Source: an uncultured delta proteobacterium
GTDB lineage: Bacteria > Myxococcota_A > Polyangia > Polyangiales > Polyangiaceae
Length of the DNA stretch: 64,000 nucleotides
Reading direction: 5' to 3'
Assembly (NCBI GenBank): GCA_963806225.1
Contig: CAWDXG010000003.1
Location: forward strand, 160,001-224,000
Position numbers and translations under genes: made by a program. Of the stretch, positions 31,375 to 41,293 are shown piece after piece. Numbering within the stretch: position 1 is the stretch's first letter; each line of letters begins with the position of its first letter. The notes under the pieces were generated by a model. It saw only the letters and a program-made list of their open reading frames with translations. It had not been told where the DNA came from and did no database searches.

Positions 31375-32085
31375 ATGACGCGCGCGAAGCAGCAGAACGT
31401 GGAGCGGTTACTCGCCAACGTGAAGTGGGCGATGGACCACGGCCTCGGCCCACGCGATCTCGTCCCGATGCTCGACAAGCTTGCCGGCCGGGCCGACCCG
31501 GGCAGCGACATCGAGCTCTTCGCGCGGCGCGAGCTGGCGGCGCTGCTCGCCGGCACCCAGCCGTGGCGCGCCGCCCGGCTCTGCCTCGACGTGATCGACA
31601 GCGCGCCCGACGACGCAGAGGCCTGGAGCGTGCTCGGGCTCGCGCATTCGATGCTCGGCAACTACCGCTGCGCCCGGCGCGCCTATCTGCGCGCGCGTTC
31701 GCTGGCCCCGGACTGCGCGGCAACCGCGCACAATCTTGGCCACCTGCTCGACCTGGCCTTCGACAGCCCGCGCGGCGCGCTGCCGCACCTCTTGTCCGCC
31801 TACCGGCTAGCCCCCGGCGAGGTGGAGATCGCCGGCTCCTATGCGCACGCGCTGGTCCGCGTCGGTCGGCTCGCCGATGCCCGCCGCGTGCTGTCGCAGG
31901 CCCTGCCCGACGAGCCCGCCCGCGTGGAAGGGCTGCTCGGCGACTGGCAGGCACGCGCCAGCGCCATCGGCCGGAAGGCTGCGCCCGCCGCCGGGCAGCA
32001 GGCCGGACCGTCCAGCATGCCGCCAGAAGCAGCCGGATCGGCGGTGCCGCCGCGCTCTGCCAGGCGTCAGGGCTCCGAGCGCTAG
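31375..32085 (+). CDS. TPR-repeat protein
   Basis: PDDAEAWSVLGLAHSMLG, ATAHNLGHLL, AYRLAPGEVEIA. Confidence 0.75.
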   Translation: MTRAKQQNVERLLANVKWAMDHGLGPRDLVPMLDKLAGRADPGSDIELFARRELAALLAGTQPWRAARLCLDVIDSAPDDAEAWSVLGLAHSMLGNYRCARRAYLRARSLAPDCAATAHNLGHLLDLAFDSPRGALPHLLSAYRLAPGEVEIAGSYAHALVRVGRLADARRVLSQALPDEPARVEGLLGDWQARASAIGRKAAPAAGQQAGPSSMPPEAAGSAVPPRSARRQGSER

Positions 32086-32142
32086 CCCCCCCGTGGCGAC
32101 TGGGGCTTTGCGTAGCGCCCCAGCACCAGTATCGAAGGGCCC

Positions 32143-33609
32143 ATGGCCCTACGACATCACGCTTGTTCCGCGTCCCTGCTGATCGCAGGGCTCGCCTCCA
32201 GTCCGCTGGCGACGGCACAGCCGGCTCCGCCCGCTCCGCCGCCGGACACGACCGCGGACCAGCCCGCGCCATCGGTCGCGCCGACGGCGCCGGCCGAGAA
32301 CGAACCGGTCGACAAGAACCTCCCCGAGGTAAGCGACGCCATGCTCGCGCCCGTACCGCCCCCGGCGCACGTGCTCCAGTCGTGGCAGCAGGCGCTCAAG
32401 CTGGTGCGCGCGCAGGCGAGCACGCTCAACATCTCGCGCGCCCAGGTCGAGCAGGCCCAAGGCCAGGCGCGCCAGGCGCTGGGTCGGGCGCTGCCGACAC
32501 TCACCGCCAACGCCAGCGTCACGCACCACCTCCTGACGGGAAAGGGGTTCTACTTCGGTACCAGCGGACCGGTCCAGGGAGACATCCCCAATCCGAGCAC
32601 GCGTTGGGGAGCGGGCCTCGAGCTGCGCGTGCCCGTGCTCGCCCCGCAGAGCTGGTACGACACAGGGACGGCCCGACACTCGACGCGCGCTGCGCGCCTG
32701 AGCGAGCAGGACACCGAGCGGCTGGTACTCGGCAGCGTCGCCGATGCCATCGTGACCGTGGTCACGTCGGAGCGCCTGGCCGAGGTCAGCCGCGTATCGC
32801 TGCGCTCTGCGCTGTCGACGCTGGATTTGACCAAGCGCCGCTCGGCGCTCGGTGCTGCAACCGCGGTCGACGTGCTGCGCGCCGAGCAGGAAGTCGCCCT
32901 GGCGCGCTCGCAGGTCGTGTCGGCCAACGAGAGTCTGCGGCGCGCGCGCGAGTCGCTCGGCCTCTCGCTGGGTTCCGCAGACCCGTACGGCGTGCGCCCC
33001 GACATCCAGCTCGATTCGCTGGCTCGCGACGCTCGCTCCACCTGCCGCATCGAACCCGATCTGGATCAACGCGCCGACATCCGGGCGGCGCGCGCCAAGA
33101 TGGATGTCGCACGGCGCAACGTCGACAGTGTCGACTGGCAGTACCTGCCGACGGTCGATTTCGTCTCCGACCTGAACTACGTCGACGTGGCCCGCTACAG
33201 CCCGAACGGCAGGCACGTCACCTGGACCATCGGCGGCGTGCTCAGCTGGCAGCTCTACGACGGCGGTGTGCGCTACGGCCAGCGCGAGCAGAACGAAGGT
33301 TCGCTCGGCATCGCCAGGGAGAACCTCGCGGAGGCGCGGCGCCAGGCCAAGGTGCAGGTCGCGCAGGCCCAGCGGGCGGTGCGCGTCGCCCAGGCCAACC
33401 TGGCGGTGAGCGCGCAATCCCGGGACCTGGCCAAGAAGAACGCGCGGCTCTCACGGCTGGCGTTCATCAACGGGACCGGGACCAGCTTCGATCTGGTCGA
33501 TGCCGCCAAGCGCCTGCGCGAGGCGGACCTCGACCTGGCCGTCAAGCAGTTCGAGGTCGTCCGCGCCCGGATCGCCGCCCTCCTGGCCCTGGCCAGCTGC
33601 AATGTCTGA
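32143..33609 (+). CDS. TolC-family outer-membrane efflux protein
   Basis: Signal peptide; ALPTLTA, GAATAVDVLRAE, QRADIRAA, YLPTVDF, LSWQLYDGG, GTGTSFDLVDA. Confidence 0.9.
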   Translation: MALRHHACSASLLIAGLASSPLATAQPAPPAPPPDTTADQPAPSVAPTAPAENEPVDKNLPEVSDAMLAPVPPPAHVLQSWQQALKLVRAQASTLNISRAQVEQAQGQARQALGRALPTLTANASVTHHLLTGKGFYFGTSGPVQGDIPNPSTRWGAGLELRVPVLAPQSWYDTGTARHSTRAARLSEQDTERLVLGSVADAIVTVVTSERLAEVSRVSLRSALSTLDLTKRRSALGAATAVDVLRAEQEVALARSQVVSANESLRRARESLGLSLGSADPYGVRPDIQLDSLARDARSTCRIEPDLDQRADIRAARAKMDVARRNVDSVDWQYLPTVDFVSDLNYVDVARYSPNGRHVTWTIGGVLSWQLYDGGVRYGQREQNEGSLGIARENLAEARRQAKVQVAQAQRAVRVAQANLAVSAQSRDLAKKNARLSRLAFINGTGTSFDLVDAAKRLREADLDLAVKQFEVVRARIAALLALASCNV

Positions 33610-33674
33610 GCATCCATGATCTCCGCGGGTTGCGGGCCGACGCGCACGCCGCTACGTTCCCGGCGGATCCAGCA

Positions 33675-34385
33675 ATGAAGCGCTCCAAGGTCGTCTTCCA
33701 CGCACTGCTCGCCGCAACGGCCGCGGTGTTCTTCTACCTCATCTACTACATCGTGATGGTCACGCCCCAGGCCCAGCTGGCCGCCGGGGGACTGGCCCAG
33801 AAGATCTTCTACTTCCACGTGCCGGCGGCCTACGCGATGTACCTGTCGGGCGTCGTGTGTTTCATCGCCAGCGCCGCGTACCTGGTGCGGGCGACCGACG
33901 GGCGCAACGCCTGGGCCAAGGCCGGCGCCGAGGTAGCAGTGGTGTTCGGCCTGATGGTGATGACCAGCGGGCCGCTCTGGGCCAAGAAGGCCTGGGGCGT
34001 GTACTGGACGTGGGATCCTCGACTGACCACGTCACTGCTCAGCGTGCTCATCTATGTCGCGGTGGTCGTGATGCGCGCGTTCTCCGGCGACGGCGACGCG
34101 GAGCGCAAGTTCGCCGCGGCGCTCGGCGTGCTCGGCACGGTAAACCTGCCGATCATCCACTACTCGGTGCGCAAGTGGGGCGGCAACCACCCCACGGTCA
34201 TCACCAAGGGAGGCGGCGGACTGGGCGACCCGCGCATGTACACCGCGCTGGGGCTCGGATTTCTGGCCATGACGCTCCTGGCCGCGCTGTTGCTCTGGAG
34301 TCGCGCTCGCCTGGCTCTGCTCGGCTCCCGCGTGTCCCGGCTCGAGGAGCGGGCTATCGCCACAGGGCTCACGGAGGACCTCTAG
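33675..34385 (+). CDS. ccmC: heme exporter/cytochrome c biogenesis protein CcmC
   Basis: IFYFHVPAA; WWD motif SGPLWAKKAWGVYWTWDPRLT; NLPIIHYSVRKW..HP. Confidence 0.92.
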   Translation: MKRSKVVFHALLAATAAVFFYLIYYIVMVTPQAQLAAGGLAQKIFYFHVPAAYAMYLSGVVCFIASAAYLVRATDGRNAWAKAGAEVAVVFGLMVMTSGPLWAKKAWGVYWTWDPRLTTSLLSVLIYVAVVVMRAFSGDGDAERKFAAALGVLGTVNLPIIHYSVRKWGGNHPTVITKGGGGLGDPRMYTALGLGFLAMTLLAALLLWSRARLALLGSRVSRLEERAIATGLTEDL

Positions 34386-34387
34386 CC

Positions 34388-34699
34388 ATGCCCCACGCAA
34401 CGACTTCGGCACTCCACAACGTTCCCGGGCTCGGTCCCGGGGTGCTGGCCGCGCCGGTTGCCGCGCCGACCGGGACGGTCCAGGTCGAACGCTCGACGGA
34501 GTTCGTCCCGGTGCAGGGTGGCCATGACACCACCAGCGCGAACTCCCTGCTGGTCGCGGCCTACATCGTGATGTGGGCGCTGCTGCTCGCGTTCATCTTC
34601 CTGAGCTGGCGGCGGCAGCGCGCGCTCGAGTCGCGCGTGGGCGATCTGGAACGGGCGGTCGGCGACGCGGAAAAGCCTGTGGAGGATGCGGGCTCGTGA
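34388..34699 (+). CDS. CcmD-like small membrane protein
   Basis: LLVAAYIVMWALLLAFIFLSWRRQRALESRVGDLE, directly after ccmC. Confidence 0.7.
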   Translation: MPHATTSALHNVPGLGPGVLAAPVAAPTGTVQVERSTEFVPVQGGHDTTSANSLLVAAYIVMWALLLAFIFLSWRRQRALESRVGDLERAVGDAEKPVEDAGS

Positions 34700-34821
34700 C
34701 GCCCGAGCACTTCATCTTCATTCCCGGGATCCTCTTGGTCGGCGTCGCGATCGGATACGCGCTCGGTACGCGCGCCGTACGCGCCGAGATGCAGAAAGCC
34801 AAAGAGCGCGCAAAGGAGTAG
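34696..34821 (+). CDS. small single-TM protein (41 aa)
   Basis: GGAGG RBS; GTGA overlap; MTPEHFIFIPGILLVGVAIGYALGTRAVRAEMQKAKERAKE. Confidence 0.65.
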   Translation: MTPEHFIFIPGILLVGVAIGYALGTRAVRAEMQKAKERAKE

Positions 34822-34826
34822 AGGAA

Positions 34827-35966
34827 ATGCTGGATTTCGGCCTATCCGACGAGCAGAAGGCTCTCATCGACACCGCGCGGCGCTTCGCCAAGGAGCGCAT
34901 CATTCCCGTGGCCGCCGAGTGCGATCGTGAAGCTCGCTTCCCGCGCGAGGTCTTCGAAGCGGCCCACGAGATCGGCCTCATCAATCCCACCGTCCCGGCC
35001 GAATATGGCGGCGCCGGCATGGGCGAGCTGGAAAACGCGATGATCGCCGAGCAGCTCGCGTACGGCTGCACCGGCATCCAGACCAGCATGCTCGCGAATT
35101 CGCTGGCGCTGACCCCCATCAAGCTGGGCGGCAACGAGGAACAGAAGAAGAAGTACCTCGGCATGCTCACGGCTGAACCGGTCTTCGCCAGCTACTGCAC
35201 GACCGAGCCGGGTGGCGGCAGCGACGTAGCCAGCATGAAGACGCACTTCTCCCAGCACGGCGACGACTACGTGCTTACGGGAGAGAAGTCCTGGATCACG
35301 AATGCGACGCTGGCGAGCTTCTACGTCGTCTTCGCCACCTCGGACGCGGCGAAGAAGCACAAGGGCATCGCCGCCTTCATCGTCGACCGCGACAGCCCCG
35401 GCGTGAAGGTCGGCAAGCACGAGGACAAGCTCGGACAGCGCGCCAGCGACACGGCAGTCGTCCACTTCGAGGACGTGAAGGTCAAGAAGGAGAACCTGCT
35501 CGCCCCCGAGGGCCAGGGCTTCAAGCTGGCCATGGAGACCTTCAACCAGACGCGTCCCGACATCGGCGCCATGGCCACCGGTCTGATGCAGCGCTGCCTG
35601 GACGAGAGCCTGGCCTACGCCAAGGAGCGCGTCGCGTTCGGCGTGCCCATCATCGAGCACCAGCTGGTCGCCGCGATGATCGCCGAGATGGCTATCCGCA
35701 CCGAGGGCACGCGGCTTCTGTACCAGAAGGCAGCGTGGAACCTCGACAACGGCGTCCGCGACCCGATCGTGTCGAGCTTTGCCAAGGCCTACGGCGCCGA
35801 CAGCGCGATGCAGACGGCCGTCGACGCCGTGCAGGTCCTCGGCGGCAACGGCTACGTCAAGGAGTACCCCGTCGAGAAGCTGATGCGCGACGCCAAGGTG
35901 CTGCAGATCTACGAAGGCACCAGCCAGATCCAGCGCCTGGTCATCGCCCGCAGCCTCGCGCGCTAG
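34827..35966 (+). CDS. acyl-CoA dehydrogenase
   Basis: YCTTEPGGGSD, GEKSWITN, KLGQRASDT, ERVAFGVPI, GGNGYVKEYPVEKLMRDAKVLQIYEGTSQIQR. Confidence 0.96.
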   Translation: MLDFGLSDEQKALIDTARRFAKERIIPVAAECDREARFPREVFEAAHEIGLINPTVPAEYGGAGMGELENAMIAEQLAYGCTGIQTSMLANSLALTPIKLGGNEEQKKKYLGMLTAEPVFASYCTTEPGGGSDVASMKTHFSQHGDDYVLTGEKSWITNATLASFYVVFATSDAAKKHKGIAAFIVDRDSPGVKVGKHEDKLGQRASDTAVVHFEDVKVKKENLLAPEGQGFKLAMETFNQTRPDIGAMATGLMQRCLDESLAYAKERVAFGVPIIEHQLVAAMIAEMAIRTEGTRLLYQKAAWNLDNGVRDPIVSSFAKAYGADSAMQTAVDAVQVLGGNGYVKEYPVEKLMRDAKVLQIYEGTSQIQRLVIARSLAR

Positions 35967-35981
35967 CCGCGGAGACCCGCT

Positions 35982-37013
35982 TCACCGCTCGCCGACAAAG
36001 ACGCCGGCCTGGTTGGCCTGGGCGATCTCCGCGCGCAGCTTCTGCTCGCGGGCATCCAGACCCGAGCCGGACTCGCCGCGGCGGCGGCGGTTCTTCACCA
36101 TCGCTAGCTCCACGAGGTCGAGCTGCTTGCGCCGGCTCGGCCAGTAGCCCTGTGGGCTTTTCATCAGGGCAAAGACGTTCCACAACGGCAGGAACATCTT
36201 GTAGCTGGTCGTGCGCTGAAGCTCCCGCGGGTGGAGCAGCCGTCCCACTTCATCCACCAGGCCCCGCATCACGATGCTGCGGTCGCGAACGGCCAGTGCG
36301 TACAGCAGGACGAAGAACAGGATATCGAAGGTCCAGAACACCAGATACTTCATCACCAGCCCGACGCCGCCGTCCATCAGGAAAGTCACGAGCAGATTGT
36401 GCAGGAAGTGGAGCCCCGCCGCGCACATCCAGCCGCCTATGGGCGCGATGATCTTGATCAGCGGGTTCCGGGTCTCGTTGGCGATGCCCACGCCGAGCCC
36501 CGTCATCGCGGTGAACGAGGCGTGGCCGAGCCCTGCCATCACGGTGCGCATGATGAACACCATCGTGAAACCGGCCAACCCGCCCTTCGCCGTGGCTGCC
36601 CCGACGTACAGGATGTCCTCGGTCAACGTGAAACCGAGACCGATAACCCCGCCGTAGATGGCCCCGTCGAGCGCGCCGTCGATCTCCTTGAGCCACAGCG
36701 CCGAGAGCGTCCAGATGATCAGGAGCCCGAAGCCCTTCGCGCTCTCCTCCACCAGCGGCGCAATGAACGTCGCTGTGGAGTTGTTGACGATCGCGCTGTT
36801 CGAGGGCGAGCCCAGCGCCGCCGTGAGTGCGCCCATGCCGATCTCGTTGCCCACGATGGCAATCGTCGTCGCGCCGATCGCCCCCCAGAAGAACGCCATG
36901 GTCAGAAGCCACCACGGCTCGGGCTCGTAGCGATCCACTCCCTTGATGATCAGGAAGTAGATGAAGACCAGCGGGGAGATGAACAGGAGCCCCAGGAACC
37001 AACCGACGGCCAC
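35982..37013 (-). CDS. PrsW-family intramembrane protease
   Basis: DRYEPEPW, APLVEESAKG, GLGFTLTEDILY, GHASFT, LHFLHN. Confidence 0.9.
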   Translation of the reverse strand: MAVGWFLGLLFISPLVFIYFLIIKGVDRYEPEPWWLLTMAFFWGAIGATTIAIVGNEIGMGALTAALGSPSNSAIVNNSTATFIAPLVEESAKGFGLLIIWTLSALWLKEIDGALDGAIYGGVIGLGFTLTEDILYVGAATAKGGLAGFTMVFIMRTVMAGLGHASFTAMTGLGVGIANETRNPLIKIIAPIGGWMCAAGLHFLHNLLVTFLMDGGVGLVMKYLVFWTFDILFFVLLYALAVRDRSIVMRGLVDEVGRLLHPRELQRTTSYKMFLPLWNVFALMKSPQGYWPSRRKQLDLVELAMVKNRRRRGESGSGLDAREQKLRAEIAQANQAGVFVGER

Positions 37014-37060
37014 CTCGCGACTCTACACCAGATCGCCACCCCGCAATCCGCAGCGTTGCT

Positions 37061-38122
37061 CTAGGGCCCAGGCGGCGGGATGGAGGCGTTGCCCGGCGCG
37101 ATGCCCAACGCGACGGCGGGATAGTCCTGGGTCGAGGCCGTACCCTCGATCTGGGTCAGATACAGCAGCGTGAAGCCGGAAAACGGCAGAACCGCAGGCG
37201 AGCGGGCATCGAGCGCGACCGGGAACACCGGCGCCGTAGCCCGCGTGAGCGGCCCGTCGACGCCGAAGCGCGCGGCCATCCCGATCCCGCGCTGCCCGTC
37301 GGCATTGCCGCCCGCATAGTACACGCGCGTGATGCGGCGCCCCTCGGCGCTGGTCGCGAGCAGCGCGTACGGATCACCGACCGATGCGCTGTCGAAGGGC
37401 GCGTCCGCATCGCTGCCACCCAGCGGCGCGAGCAGCGGCCCGCCCGCGGCGCGCTTCCACGTGATGCCGTCGCTCGAGTGCGCTTCGCCGATGCGGTCGT
37501 TGACCGCGTAGAAGAGCCGGAAGTCGTCATCCGCCACCTTCAAGAGGCCGGGCGCGCCCGGCGTCTTGCCGCCCTCCCACGCCGCGGCCGGATCGGGGCC
37601 GAGCACCGGACCGGGCTCGCGCGTGAAAGTCCTGCCGTCGTCCGAGCGCGCGAGCCCGATGCCACCCGCAGCCTCGTAGAGCATCCAGATCTTCCCGGCG
37701 ATGACGTGAACGTCGGGCTTGCCGACGAACGCGCCCTCCCAGGCTGCGCCCGGCACCAGCACCGGCGTCGCCGGATCGGGATTTTTGCCGAAGCTGCGCC
37801 CATCCGGCGAGACGAAGCGGTAGATGCCGGTGCCCGGCGCGAGATCGGCCACGACGTACAGCGCCACGCGCCCGAGCGAGCCCGTCTCGTCCAGATCCAC
37901 TGCCATGGACTCCCGGTAGTGGGCGTTCGGATCGTCGAGCACGTACGGGACCTTCCGGATCTTGTCCGGCAGCTCGTCGGCCGTCGCATCGCGGAACGGT
38001 CCGGCGTGCGCATTGGGGCGCACTGCGTTGTCGTCCCCGGCCGGAGCCGCCACGGTGCCGCAGCCGAACAGGAGAAGCGCTGCCGCGAGCAGCAACCCAC
38101 GCATGGAGCGAAAGCCGGTCAC
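37061..38122 (-). CDS. lipoprotein with a five-bladed beta-propeller (glycosyl hydrolase 32/43/130-like fold)
   Basis: Lipobox LLFGC; repeats IGLARSDDGRTF, IGEAHSSDGITW, PVL.P...AWEG. Confidence 0.75.
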   Translation of the reverse strand: MTGFRSMRGLLLAAALLLFGCGTVAAPAGDDNAVRPNAHAGPFRDATADELPDKIRKVPYVLDDPNAHYRESMAVDLDETGSLGRVALYVVADLAPGTGIYRFVSPDGRSFGKNPDPATPVLVPGAAWEGAFVGKPDVHVIAGKIWMLYEAAGGIGLARSDDGRTFTREPGPVLGPDPAAAWEGGKTPGAPGLLKVADDDFRLFYAVNDRIGEAHSSDGITWKRAAGGPLLAPLGGSDADAPFDSASVGDPYALLATSAEGRRITRVYYAGGNADGQRGIGMAARFGVDGPLTRATAPVFPVALDARSPAVLPFSGFTLLYLTQIEGTASTQDYPAVALGIAPGNASIPPPGP

Positions 38123-39465
38123 TTGAACCCCACTGACAGCGTAGCGCCGCCGGCCAGGATGGTTCCACGGGCGCGGTAGTCGCCGGTGAAGTCCGCCGGG
38201 CTGTCCTTCAAGGTCACCCTGGTCGGCAGGATCGACAGCTGTGCGTCCACATCGAAGCGCAGGTTGCCCGGCAGGACGGCTCCGGGATGATCGAGCACGA
38301 CGCCGGCACCGAGCGACACGATGTGCCGATCAGCGTCCGCGAAATTGGTCGCGCCGGTCTGGTCCGGCACCGGCGAGCGCTCGAAGGCATAGCCTGCACG
38401 CAGCGGCAGCTCGAGCTTCTCCAGAGGCTTCAAGCGGTACTCGACGCCGACCCTCGGCACGAAGCGGTCCGAAAAGCCCGGGGCGGTCCGGGCACTCGGC
38501 TTGGTGGCGGGCGGCAGCAGCGACTTGGGCAGCGGTACATCCAGCGAGGTCACCGAGTAGCTGACCGGGCTCTTGTAGGCCGACCACTGCACCCACACCA
38601 CGTCGAGATTCACGCGTAGCTGGTCGATCGGCTTTGTGCTGGTGCCGAGCACCACCTGCCGCGGGATGAACGCGTCCAGCGTCTGCGACTCGAGCGCGTA
38701 CTGCGCAGGCACGGTGATGAGGCCCGCATCCACCTTGCCCTTCAGCTTGGCGTCGATCGCCAGATTCAGCTCGGCCTGGCCGCGGTAGACGAGCGCCGCA
38801 CTGAAGCGGTCGCTCGGCAGGATCGTGATGCCGAACTCCGGATAGCGCACTGCCGTGAGATCCGCATCCACCTCGTGGCGCAGGCGGGAATCGTACTCCG
38901 AGCGCTTTCCCAGCGTGTCGGGTAGCACCGCCGTACCGCTGATATCGAACGACCCCTCCGTCGCCGCCAGGAACGTCATCCCCCCGCCCACCGCGAGCCA
39001 TTTGAAGGGTCTGATCGCCAGATTCGCCGTGAGATAGAGCAGCTGCGAGCGATTGTCGTACAGCACCCAGACCGGCACGGACGGATCGACCGTACGAGCC
39101 CGCGACAGGCGTTCATCCGAGACGTGCGTTGCGATGCCGAAGGCGAACGGGATCTTCGCCACGCTGCCCGGCGCAACGATACCGCCCATCAGGCCACGCA
39201 CGGGATCGATCTGGCTGTCGTGCCCGTTGAGCTGGAGATGGTGCGAGACGTACATGTACCCGAGCGACAGATCGGTTACGCTGGCCAGGGCCAGGCCCGA
39301 CGGGTTGTAGTAACCCGCGGAAAAATCGCGCACGTCAGCGCTGACCGCACCGCCGAGCGCGGTGGACCGCGAGCCCAGACCGAAGGTATCGGCGGGATTG
39401 GCGCGCACCGGGGCGGCCAGTGCCGCGCCCGCGAGCAGGACTGCCGCCGCCGCCGCGCGGCGCAT
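38119..39465 (-). CDS. FadL/OmpP1-like outer-membrane transporter
   Basis: Signal peptide then NPADTFGLGSRSTALGGA..YYNPSGLA; LRAGYAFERSPVPDQ; ends LSVGFK. Confidence 0.8.
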   Translation of the reverse strand: MRRAAAAAVLLAGAALAAPVRANPADTFGLGSRSTALGGAVSADVRDFSAGYYNPSGLALASVTDLSLGYMYVSHHLQLNGHDSQIDPVRGLMGGIVAPGSVAKIPFAFGIATHVSDERLSRARTVDPSVPVWVLYDNRSQLLYLTANLAIRPFKWLAVGGGMTFLAATEGSFDISGTAVLPDTLGKRSEYDSRLRHEVDADLTAVRYPEFGITILPSDRFSAALVYRGQAELNLAIDAKLKGKVDAGLITVPAQYALESQTLDAFIPRQVVLGTSTKPIDQLRVNLDVVWVQWSAYKSPVSYSVTSLDVPLPKSLLPPATKPSARTAPGFSDRFVPRVGVEYRLKPLEKLELPLRAGYAFERSPVPDQTGATNFADADRHIVSLGAGVVLDHPGAVLPGNLRFDVDAQLSILPTRVTLKDSPADFTGDYRARGTILAGGATLSVGFK

Positions 39466-40751
39466 CAGAACTTCACCCCGGCAATCAGTCCGAAGTTCTG
39501 CACGGTGCCGCTGGTCTTCACTTCCGGATAGCCGGCGTTCGCCGGATCGACGCCGGCATCCTTGTGATGCGTGCGAGGCGCGAGCACGTGAAGCTGGTAG
39601 AAGAGGTCCACCGAGACGGGAGGCAGGGGATCCGACAGCTCGACGCCATAGCCGAGCGTGAGCACGTGCCGATCGTTGTCCCAGTAGTTCGACTCCGAGG
39701 TCTGTTCCGGGACCGGCGACATCTCGAAGAAATAGCCCCCGCGCACGTGCGACACGGCCGCCGGCGAGAGCTCGATCGCGTAGTCGGCGCCGAGGCGCGG
39801 CACGACGGTATCGTGGAAGTCCACCGGCGCCGGCTTCAGTGCCAGGCAGTCGGGACGCGACGCCGGGCATTCCACGGTCGCGCGCGCCCACCCGGGGAAG
39901 GCCGACCAGTGCTTCCAGGTCGCGCCCGCGGCCAGCGTCCACGGCCCGAGCTCGCGGGCGACCTCCAGCTGGAGCTGCATCGGGTCGTACTGGGCGACGC
40001 CCGCGATATGGAGCTCCGGCACGACCAGGAGCCCCAGGTCGTGCACCTGGACCGACACGTTGAAGTCGGCGTTGAGTTCGCCGCGCCAGGTGAGCCCCGC
40101 CTTCCACTTGTCGCGCTCGTAGGAAGCGCCGATCACGGGCGCGTAGGTCGCCACCAGTTGATCGTCCACAATCGTGCCGACGTGACCGGAAGCGTCCGTA
40201 CGTACGACCACGGTGCCGACCAGCTCGGCCAGCGCGCGGGCCCCGATGCCGGCCCGGATCCCGTGCCCCAGATCGGCGCCGAGCCCCATGTTGAAGTCGA
40301 GCGACTGGGCGCGGTCGGCGAGCAGCGGAAACTGCGGCCGCTCGGGGTAGAGCAGCCGCGCGCGCGCGATAAGGGTGCTCGGTGTGAACGCCCCCAGACC
40401 CAGCACCAGCCGATGCGAAAGGATGCCGCCGAAGGGCAACGGCAGCACGAAACCGATGTAGGTGCCGCTCAGCGGCTCTTCCGGCACGCTGCCGGGAGCG
40501 TTCTTCCCGGTAGCGCTGAGCGAGAAGCGCGCGGCCTGGATACCAAGCGACAGCTGGCGCTCGCGGGAACGGCTAAGCAGCGCGGGATTGGTGAAGGTGG
40601 TCCCGAAGCCGCGGCCGACCGCAGCGCCGCCCCCACCCATAGCCTGGCTGCGCGGCCCGAAGCCGAACAGATCGGCGGGCGACGCCTGCGCCGTCGCCGT
40701 CGCGCACGGCACCGCGAGAGCGATAGCCAGTGCCGCGAGGAGGTGGCGCAC
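39465..40751 (-). CDS. FadL/OmpP1-like outer-membrane transporter (paralog)
   Basis: SPADLFGFGPRSQAMGG..NPALLS; VRGGYFFEMSPVPEQ; ends AGVKF; TGATG overlap with the next gene; start GTG 40751 or ATG 40763. Confidence 0.8.
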   Translation of the reverse strand: MRHLLAALAIALAVPCATATAQASPADLFGFGPRSQAMGGGGAAVGRGFGTTFTNPALLSRSRERQLSLGIQAARFSLSATGKNAPGSVPEEPLSGTYIGFVLPLPFGGILSHRLVLGLGAFTPSTLIARARLLYPERPQFPLLADRAQSLDFNMGLGADLGHGIRAGIGARALAELVGTVVVRTDASGHVGTIVDDQLVATYAPVIGASYERDKWKAGLTWRGELNADFNVSVQVHDLGLLVVPELHIAGVAQYDPMQLQLEVARELGPWTLAAGATWKHWSAFPGWARATVECPASRPDCLALKPAPVDFHDTVVPRLGADYAIELSPAAVSHVRGGYFFEMSPVPEQTSESNYWDNDRHVLTLGYGVELSDPLPPVSVDLFYQLHVLAPRTHHKDAGVDPANAGYPEVKTSGTVQNFGLIAGVKF

Positions 40752-40843
40752 GGCGGGCAGCATAGCCGGGATCGCGCGCGGCGTGGGCGGTAATCCAGCG
40801 TCCGACGGCGCGAGGAGTCAAGAAGACGAGCCCCAGCGCGCGG

Positions 40844-41222
40844 CAACTCGACGCCATCACCGCCATCGACGGCCTCTGGCTCTTGCATCCGGTGCTGCTG
40901 GACGGCCACACGCCGATCAATCTCACGGCGCGCACGGTCCGCGCCGTCGGCGACAGCATCGAGACGATGTCCAGCGTCGCGCTCGGCGCCGGCAGCGTCG
41001 ACGTGACCACGACATATCGACTCGACGGCGACAAGCCACGGTTGCTCGTCACGACGCGCGTCGCGCACCACGACGGTGCGCCTCGACACCACCGTAGAGC
41101 TGGCGGTCCCACCGCGGAGCTTCATCGTGGTCCTGGCCAGCGGCCGGCGGGATCTGCCGAACGTCTACTCGCCCGGCGTCAAGCCCTTCGCCTTCACGAA
41201 CCCGACCTGGCTCGCACCATGA
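40844..41222 (+). pseudogene. possible gene remnant whose C-terminus resembles CehA/McbA (PHP-associated) metallohydrolases
   Basis: Two frames joined near 41068: ..VDVTTTYRLDGDKPRLLVTTRV and ..SFIVVLASGRRDLPNVYSPGVKPFAFTNPTWLAP*; no credible start. Confidence 0.4.
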
Positions 41223-41293
41223 CGCCAGGAACCCCTGGCCCGGAGCGTGAAGCCCCGATTGCCCATCCCCCGACCCCGGGGTAGCTTCCGCCC

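Noticed and set aside
31320..33674. Long N-terminal extensions in the ORF track (31320..34385, 22767..25940, 12800..14629, 38119..40107)
   Set aside because: The extensions overlap other real genes; the true starts are the downstream codons given in the features.
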